From: an uncultured Acidimicrobiaceae bacterium
Lineage (GTDB): Bacteria > Actinomycetota > Acidimicrobiia > Acidimicrobiales > Salinilacustritrichaceae
Assembly (NCBI GenBank): GCA_963800295.1
Contig: CAWDAJ010000004.1
Location: 60,953 to 124,952, forward strand
Reading direction: 5' to 3'
DNA length: 64,000 nucleotides
Shown here piece after piece: positions 58,891 to 64,000 of this stretch. Below the pieces are notes generated by a model, which was not told the origin of the DNA, did no database searches, and saw only the letters and a program-made list of their open reading frames with translations. The position numbers and the translations under genes were made by a program. The first letter of the stretch is position 1. Every line of letters begins with the position of its first letter.

Positions 58891-59309
58891 CTCCGCGTCA
58901 ACTGACCACGCTCATACTGCGAGTCACGATGGAGATCGGCGTCGTCGCCGGCTTCTGTCTCTGGGGCGTCCACACCGCCGACACCACGCTCACGAAGATC
59001 GCCCTCGGCATCGGCGCACCGCTCGTCGGCTTCGGCATCTGGGGCGCAGTCGACTTCCACCACGCCGGCCGTCTCGCCGAGCCACTCCGCCTCGTCGAGG
59101 AGCTCGTCATCTCACTCAGCGCCGCACTGGCTCTCACCGATGCCGGCGCACCCACCGGCGGAATCGCCCTCGCAGTCCTGTCGATCACTTACCACGGCGT
59201 CGTCTACGCCACCGGCCAGGCACTCCTCCAGCACGGCAACTCCCACAACTCCGGGGACGCCAGCGACACGGTTCGATGTGCGCGAGCGGAGAGCGTCAGC
59301 CCTGGGTGA
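58887..59309 (+). CDS. YrdB/DUF2568-like small membrane protein
   Basis: Its ATGA start overlaps the upstream stop. LILRVTMEIGVVAGFCLWG... IGAPLVGFGIWGAVDF, with 4 TM helices. Confidence 0.55.
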   Translation: MTPRQLTTLILRVTMEIGVVAGFCLWGVHTADTTLTKIALGIGAPLVGFGIWGAVDFHHAGRLAEPLRLVEELVISLSAALALTDAGAPTGGIALAVLSITYHGVVYATGQALLQHGNSHNSGDASDTVRCARAESVSPG

Positions 59310-60753
59310 CGCGTAGCCACGGGTCGTTGAGCGTCAACGACGTGTCAGACGGCTGCTCGTCCTCGTCTGGCGTCGCACCCTTGGGTCCCTCGGTGTCCTC
59401 GTCTCGGTCCTCGATCGTTGGTGAGCGCTTCATCTCGATACGGCCTGGAGCCGAGTCGGGTTCCGACACTGGCTCTGTCCGCGTGATCTGTGGCGCCTTC
59501 GGAGTCCAGGGCGTGAGGTTCTGCACGACGGTTCCGTAGAACTCGTTGATCAAGCTCAGAACCGAGTCGATGAAACCTGCCGACTTCCGGCCCGTCTTGC
59601 GCGCGACTCCCATCTCCCTGGTGAGGGTGATCCGGAAGCGTGCCGGGTCCTTCTTGTCCTCGCCCAGCAGGCAGTCCTTGTCATCCCGGACTTGTTCGAG
59701 CGTGGCCGTAGTCGGGGTGCGTGCGTTTTTCGCATACGCCTCGATCACCGTGCGACGGTCGACGTCGGCGGACAGCTGTCCTGCCAGCCACGTGCATCGG
59801 GCCTTGCCGCCCCGGTCATCGGGAGCCGAGACAGTCACCGAAGCCGACACGCGTCGTGCCCTCAGGTCGACATGCAGGTCCAGGTCGCCGACCGTGTTCG
59901 GGATCCGCAACGAGCCATCGACGACTCCGTCGGAGGTCAGCGTGTCGACGAGGTGCTGCAGTCGCTTCGATCCGTCGCGCTGTGCTGCCGGAACCTGCTG
60001 GGTCACGGTGTGGCCGATGTCGGCCTCGAGCCGCAGCGCGGCGTAGCGGAGAAGTTGGTCCCAGCGTTGGGCGACGTCACGGACCGCAGGGTCGTTCTTC
60101 CGGAGAGCGTGGTCCCGCGCGCCATCGCGAACGGCGACCCACTCGCCGCCCATGTCGTCGAACGCATTCGCACCCGAGTTCGGGTGGCGCAGATAGCGGA
60201 CGAGCTCGCCCAGGATCCATGCCTGTTCAGGATCGTCGACCCCGTGGTGGTTCTTGATGACCTCGCACATCGACTGGATCGCGGTCCACGAGAAGTGGTG
60301 AACCTTGACCTTCGAGTTCGAACGAACCTTCAGCCCGTCGGTCGGGTGCGTGTCCTTGGAGGCGGCGATCTCGTTGGAGATCGTGATCACCGCATCGAAG
60401 TCCTGCTCTCGTGCGATGTCCCAGTAGCCGTTCACCTGCTCAGCGTTGAGACTGTTGTCGCCCGTCTTGACCTCGACCAGCGCTGTCCATGTCGCCTTGC
60501 CGTAGGCGGCCTGGATCAGACCATCGGGCCGGGTCGCGGTCTTGCCGCCGCCGAGCTTGAACGGCACCTCCGTGTAGCTGCGCACCTCAGCCTTCTGTGC
60601 CTTGCTGGCGCCGAGTGGCGACAGCATCTCGATCGACAGATCGCGTACCGCCTCGATCACCGCCAGAAGCGCGGACGTGGCCCTCATCTCGGCCTCGATC
60701 TCCGACCCGATCCCCGAGACAGGGATCAGTCGCGCGCGTTGCCATTCCGCCAT
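59296..60753 (-). CDS. Orphan 485-aa protein with an N-terminal PD-(D/E)xK nuclease-like core and an unknown C-terminal region (candidate defence/restriction-type nuclease)
   Basis: Helix with Glu (SEIEAEMRATSALLAVIEAV), then TRPDGLI ... WTALVEVKTG, an exact PD...(E)xK spacing. The next ~250 aa match no family I recognise, and the tail is acidic and probably disordered. GC is lower than in flanking genes. It lies in the tRNA/integrase island. Confidence 0.6.
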   Translation of the reverse strand: MAEWQRARLIPVSGIGSEIEAEMRATSALLAVIEAVRDLSIEMLSPLGASKAQKAEVRSYTEVPFKLGGGKTATRPDGLIQAAYGKATWTALVEVKTGDNSLNAEQVNGYWDIAREQDFDAVITISNEIAASKDTHPTDGLKVRSNSKVKVHHFSWTAIQSMCEVIKNHHGVDDPEQAWILGELVRYLRHPNSGANAFDDMGGEWVAVRDGARDHALRKNDPAVRDVAQRWDQLLRYAALRLEADIGHTVTQQVPAAQRDGSKRLQHLVDTLTSDGVVDGSLRIPNTVGDLDLHVDLRARRVSASVTVSAPDDRGGKARCTWLAGQLSADVDRRTVIEAYAKNARTPTTATLEQVRDDKDCLLGEDKKDPARFRITLTREMGVARKTGRKSAGFIDSVLSLINEFYGTVVQNLTPWTPKAPQITRTEPVSEPDSAPGRIEMKRSPTIEDRDEDTEGPKGATPDEDEQPSDTSLTLNDPWLRVTQG

Positions 60754-61142
60754 GTCATCCCCCGAAACATTGCCGCCGTTCGCAGCGACAGTACGTCACG
60801 GACATCGCAACCCGGCGACGGAGCACACCTCTGAGGGCCCACGGATTGAGTGCGAGGCCGTCCGCGAAGCGCCGATAGCTGGCGCCCGAAGCGTGGTCTG
60901 GGACGCGAATAGGTGGCACCTGATCTGTGCGGGCCTACCGGCACCTTGGTGACGATGCCCGGCGCAGACTTCCCCCTGCGATAGGGGGCGGTTCACGTTG
61001 GCCCGATCGGCAGCACGGCGCGCGTGGAGAGCCGGGCCAAACCCCGCTGGGTGGGGCCATGGCGAGCGCAGCCACGAGCAAGAGGCTCCGGGCGTGCGCG
61101 ACACTGCCGTCCATCAGTCGAACGCTGGGGGGAAGAACCGCA

Positions 61143-61505
61143 ATGCCGAATCCCGTCGTGCACTTCGAGATCATGGGTCGTCCAGGATCCGATCTTCCGG
61201 ACTTCTACAACGCGCTGTTCGACTGGCCGGTCGATGTCGGCGGTCCTGTGAACACGTATACGCAACACGCCCATCTGCCGCCACAGGGTGGTGGAATCGG
61301 GGGCGGGATAGGAGCCACGGATGGCTCGGCTTTCGTGACGGTGTACGTCGAGGTCGAGGACCTTGAGGACACGTGTGACAGGGTTCGATCTCTCGGCGGA
61401 GAGATCGCCTTTCCCCCTACCACGATTCCGGAGATCAACGATCTGCGCATCGCCCGCATTCGCGATCCTCAAGGGAATCTCGTAGGAGTCGTGCAACGCA
61501 GGTAG
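61143..61505 (+). CDS. VOC (glyoxalase/bleomycin-resistance) family protein
   Basis: MPNPVVHFEIMG...FYNALFDW...VYVEVEDLEDTCDRVRSLGGEI...IARIRDPQGNLVGV is a typical single-domain VOC. Confidence 0.8.
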   Translation: MPNPVVHFEIMGRPGSDLPDFYNALFDWPVDVGGPVNTYTQHAHLPPQGGGIGGGIGATDGSAFVTVYVEVEDLEDTCDRVRSLGGEIAFPPTTIPEINDLRIARIRDPQGNLVGVVQRR

Positions 61506-61519
61506 TACCCGGACGACCC

Positions 61520-62506
61520 CTATGGCGCGCCCCGATTGATACTGCTTGGCGGATCGGGACGCCTTCTCCACACCCGATATTGCGCCGGTCGGGGGCGACG
61601 TTTCCGGACACCGCAGATGTCGCGCCTCGTGCGGCACTTCGAGGTCACGCCCCGGATCGACCTGCGCTGTGGATAGGGGACGGACCTTCGGTCAGGCAGG
61701 ATTCCGCGGACCTGAAGGAGCGGTTGGAGGAGGTCGTCTGCGCCCGTAGTGGTGATCGCCTCGTCCGGGACGGGCAGGCCGGTGAGCAGTCGCCATGCCA
61801 TGGATGCCTCGACACTCATCGCCGCCGCGGGACGTTCAGCGACGCCTGCCTCGAGGATCCATCTCTCGCCTTCCCGTCGAAGGTGCCAGGTGCCGCCGGC
61901 GCCAAGGTTGACCCGCACCGTGGTGTCGTCGGCGGCATCGGGTGAGTACTGGTGCGGGAACGCCCAGACGAACGTGCCGAGAACATCAGGCAGGTATCGG
62001 TCGTGCGCTCCGGGTTGTCCGACTGCGTCTCGGATGTGCTGCTGGTGCACCCACCTCTCGGTCAGGTCTCGGCACAGGTCGAACCACCGGGGTACGGGGC
62101 TGCCCGACGCCCAGATGACCCCGCTCGGGCCTTCGAGGTCGATCTTGGCGAAGTACGAGTTGGTCTGCTCTCCAGACCAGCGCAAGAGATCAACGACCAC
62201 TCGCCGGCTGAGACCCGCAGCTCCAACGACCCAGCGTTCGTTCTTTGCGTCCAGCGAGCGAACAAAGTCGCGGTAGTCCCCGTCGGTTGGCAGGAGTCCG
62301 GCCAAGTCGCCGTCTCGACCGCGGGAGAGCCAGCCGAGATCGTCGTCGAGCAGATGCAACGCGACGTCCTTCACGCGCCAGTGCCCCGCCTCGGTTGCAG
62401 CCAGCCACTCGTCGTCGGTGAGATGGTCGAGAAGTTCGATCAGCTCCTCGCGTTCGACGGCGATCGCTGGGCGAACGTCCTGAGTCGGCAGGTCGGCGAG
62501 CTCCAT
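61520..62506 (-). CDS. DinB/mycothiol-dependent maleylpyruvate isomerase-like (TIGR03083-type) protein with an odd Arg-rich C-terminal tail
   Basis: ERELIELLDHLTDDEWLAATEAGHWRVKDVALHLLDDDLGWL and RWVHQQHIRDA (the DinB-fold His pattern). The last ~60 aa (PDRRSVPYPQRRSIRG...) look non-native. Confidence 0.65.
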   Translation of the reverse strand: MELADLPTQDVRPAIAVEREELIELLDHLTDDEWLAATEAGHWRVKDVALHLLDDDLGWLSRGRDGDLAGLLPTDGDYRDFVRSLDAKNERWVVGAAGLSRRVVVDLLRWSGEQTNSYFAKIDLEGPSGVIWASGSPVPRWFDLCRDLTERWVHQQHIRDAVGQPGAHDRYLPDVLGTFVWAFPHQYSPDAADDTTVRVNLGAGGTWHLRREGERWILEAGVAERPAAAMSVEASMAWRLLTGLPVPDEAITTTGADDLLQPLLQVRGILPDRRSVPYPQRRSIRGVTSKCRTRRDICGVRKRRPRPAQYRVWRRRPDPPSSINRGAP

Positions 62507-62756
62507 CAGGGAATTGTCTCCCAGTACGTGACTCAAGGTCGACGGCATTGGGCTCGAGCAAGCTGGGCTTCGGCGACCGAGGACGCGGAAGTCTGGTGGT
62601 ACGTCGCCGGGAATTTGCGGACGCTCTTCTGGGGCGGCTGCCACCCCTCGCCCAGTGCGGCACTTCCGGGCACATGTCCCGGTCGGATATGTCCCGCGCG
62701 ATAGGAGGCGCTCCACCTACGCGCGATCGGCGATCACCTCAAAGCGGACGACTCCA

Positions 62757-63014
62757 CTATGGCCGGCCCGGGTGGGGGACCTCGTCGACAGCACTGGAGT
62801 CGGGGTGACACTCCCACGGCTCGACGATGAAGGTGTCAGGGTTCCCGCCTTGGTCGAGCGAGAAGACGATCAGCTCCCATCGGGACGGCGGCTCCGGCGC
62901 GTAGTCCTGCACGGTCATCACGACCGCAGGGCGGCCATCGGCGAGCCGGACGCCGTCACCGGCCCGAAAGCGCCTCGGCCAGTCGTGCTGAGGGTCATTC
63001 GGCCACTCGCTCAT
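62757..63014 (-). CDS. Hypothetical small protein (85 aa)
   Basis: The ORF has genome-typical G/C-ending codons and normal amino-acid composition (MSEWPNDPQHDWPRRFRAGDGVRLADGRPAVVMTV...). I recognise no family. Confidence 0.45.
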   Translation of the reverse strand: MSEWPNDPQHDWPRRFRAGDGVRLADGRPAVVMTVQDYAPEPPSRWELIVFSLDQGGNPDTFIVEPWECHPDSSAVDEVPHPGRP

Positions 63015-63173
63015 GGCTGCGACGATACGGAGAGCCCGACGACGGGACCAGCGCTCTGAAGACTGCCGGGCATTGCGGTCGGCTCAGCAGCGCGAACGGA
63101 TGATCGGCGCCTTGGCCACGATCGACCGCAACGCTGATGACGCAGGAGATGTATCTCGGTAAGGCTGTGCATC

Positions 63174-63644
63174 GTGCGCATGGGCAGCTGGGCCGAGGCG
63201 ATTCAGCATGACGGCTACTTCGTCGTGCGGCTTCGCGTCTTCACAGTCGAAGAGGGTGGACAGAACCGCCACGTCCAGTCCGGGATGAAAGCGTCCTGGA
63301 CCGGCCCCGATCGTCGCCCCCTGCCCGGCTTGCTCAAGCTGCCTAACGAGGCCGTGCGCAGCATCGCTCCAGGGACCGAGGCGGTCATTCACGTGCGCCC
63401 GCTCGAACCCTCGTCGTGGAAAGACGTTGAAGTAGGGACGAGGATCGGTCTCTGCAAGAACTGGCCAAGGGAGCTCGGCGAGGGCGTCGTCATCAAGCGG
63501 GTGTCCGTCCCAGAGGAGGGCATCCCGCCGCAGTTTCCGCTGCCGCGCAACGGCACGTCGGCCGTTGCGATGCTGCGGTGCCGCCCGACACTCGCGGAAC
63601 GAATCCGGAGCGCGTTCCGACGCCGTCAGAACCGTGGAAGGTAG
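63174..63644 (+). CDS. Hypothetical protein (156 aa)
   Basis: Strong G/C third-position bias in this frame and a balanced composition (HDGYFVVRLRVFTVEEGGQNRHVQSG ... IGLCKNWPRELGEGVVIKRV). Preferred over the overlapping minus ORF 63084..63392. Confidence 0.45.
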   Translation: MRMGSWAEAIQHDGYFVVRLRVFTVEEGGQNRHVQSGMKASWTGPDRRPLPGLLKLPNEAVRSIAPGTEAVIHVRPLEPSSWKDVEVGTRIGLCKNWPRELGEGVVIKRVSVPEEGIPPQFPLPRNGTSAVAMLRCRPTLAERIRSAFRRRQNRGR

Positions 63645-63849
63645 CGAACTCTCGGACCGCAGCCGACACCCGACCGCCCGCGAAGGTCGGGCGCGGACTG
63701 TTGCCGGATCGCGCGCAAGTCTGCACGCCAGATATCACTGCGGTCGGTGCCGGGCCTTCGGGGGACACCCCGCCAGCGCGTCATCCACCGGCACATCGGT
63801 GGCGTCGCCGCGGGTCGCGTCGGCCGCGGGATTGGGCGGAGGGTAGTCC

Positions 63850-64000
63850 CTACCTGTTCCACCGGAAGTGCCGGGTGGCGACCAGCATTCCGATGGCCGA
63901 CCAGACGGCGAGCACCGCGAGATCGGCAGCGGGGACTCCGTTCTGGGCGGGGTCGTAGCCCGCGGTGAGTACGTCGGTGAGCGCCTTGATGGGGAACGCC
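63850..64000 (-). CDS. ABC-2-type transporter permease, C-terminal fragment (5' end outside window)
   Basis: The minus strand reads AFPIKALTDVLTAGYDPAQNGVPAADLAVLAVWSAIGMLVATRHFRWNR*, the typical C-terminal helix and tail of ABC-2 permeases. It is absent from the ORF track because no start codon lies in the window. Confidence 0.5.
   Translation of the reverse strand, partial: AFPIKALTDVLTAGYDPAQNGVPAADLAVLAVWSAIGMLVATRHFRWNR

Larger units (their letters stand above)
54850..63849 (+). mobile_element. Putative tRNA-Arg-associated integrative element / genomic island (right boundary not determined)
   Basis: A tyrosine integrase sits 113 nt downstream of the tRNA, followed by an excisionase-like HTH gene, accessory-type cargo, and visibly lower GC from about 59.3 kb. 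I found no repeat of the tRNA 3' end in the window. Confidence 0.4.

Noticed and set aside
60820-60870. Possible degenerate tRNA 3'-end copy (attR) at ggattgagtgcgaggccgtccgcg
   Set aside because: It shows only about 60% resemblance to ggttcgagtccctccgggcgcg, with indels. That is indistinguishable from chance in GC-rich DNA.
60754-61142. Small ORFs (for example 60927.., 60935-61174, 60998-61366) in the spacer between the nuclease-like gene and the VOC gene
   Set aside because: They are overlapping and Arg/Gly-rich, and none has convincing composition. Only the VOC part from ATG 61143 carries family motifs.
63084-63392. 102-aa minus-strand ORF overlapping the 63174-63644 plus ORF
   Set aside because: The plus-strand frame has the stronger G/C third-position bias and a more protein-like composition. 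Only one of the two can reasonably be real.
63493-63968. Several 70-126-aa ORFs on both strands before the terminal ABC-2 permease fragment
   Set aside because: They are mutually overlapping, Arg/Pro/Gly-rich, and carry no motifs.

Overview
High-GC (roughly 70%) actinobacterial-type chromosomal segment. An Acidimicrobiia-like origin is only a guess from gene content and codon style. It is densely packed with about 70 genes, many translationally coupled through ATGA/GTGA start-stop overlaps. All calls come from reading the supplied translations and the DNA by eye; no searches were run.

Main blocks, in order:
1. azlCD, two membrane/hypothetical genes, a stand-alone argJ, hemolysin-III, an M23 peptidase, a thiolase, a GGDEF-EAL protein and xseAB.
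2. A carotenoid locus (crtE-crtI-crtB-cruF-crtD) with nearby GT2 glycosyltransferase, CrtA-like monooxygenase, two alpha/beta hydrolases, an MMPL transporter and a flippase. It is interrupted by a GH2 beta-galactosidase. No cyclase is visible.
3. A GH38 alpha-mannosidase carrying an in-frame palindromic tandem repeat, and a diiron ferritin-like gene behind an AT-rich Fur-box-like promoter.
4. DUF4032, chorismate mutase, MOSC, a lipid kinase, a PLD-type synthase, a metal ABC importer with a divergent Fur-family regulator, gamma-CA and ATP-type PEPCK.
5. A P450, a second azlCD with an MFS gene, MTHFS, tesB and another MFS gene.
6. An orphan anti-sigma-type kinase next to an unusual MFS transporter fused to seven peptidoglycan-binding-like repeats.
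7. tRNA-Arg(ACG) followed by a tyrosine integrase, an excisionase-like gene and cargo. The cargo includes a TetR-controlled membrane-protein operon and an orphan 485-aa protein with a clear PD-(D/E)xK nuclease-like N-terminus.

The best candidates for something undescribed are the orphan nuclease-like island gene and the MFS/PG-binding-repeat fusion. No CRISPR arrays, rRNA or transposases were seen. The many long Arg/Gly/Pro-rich antisense ORFs are treated as GC artefacts.
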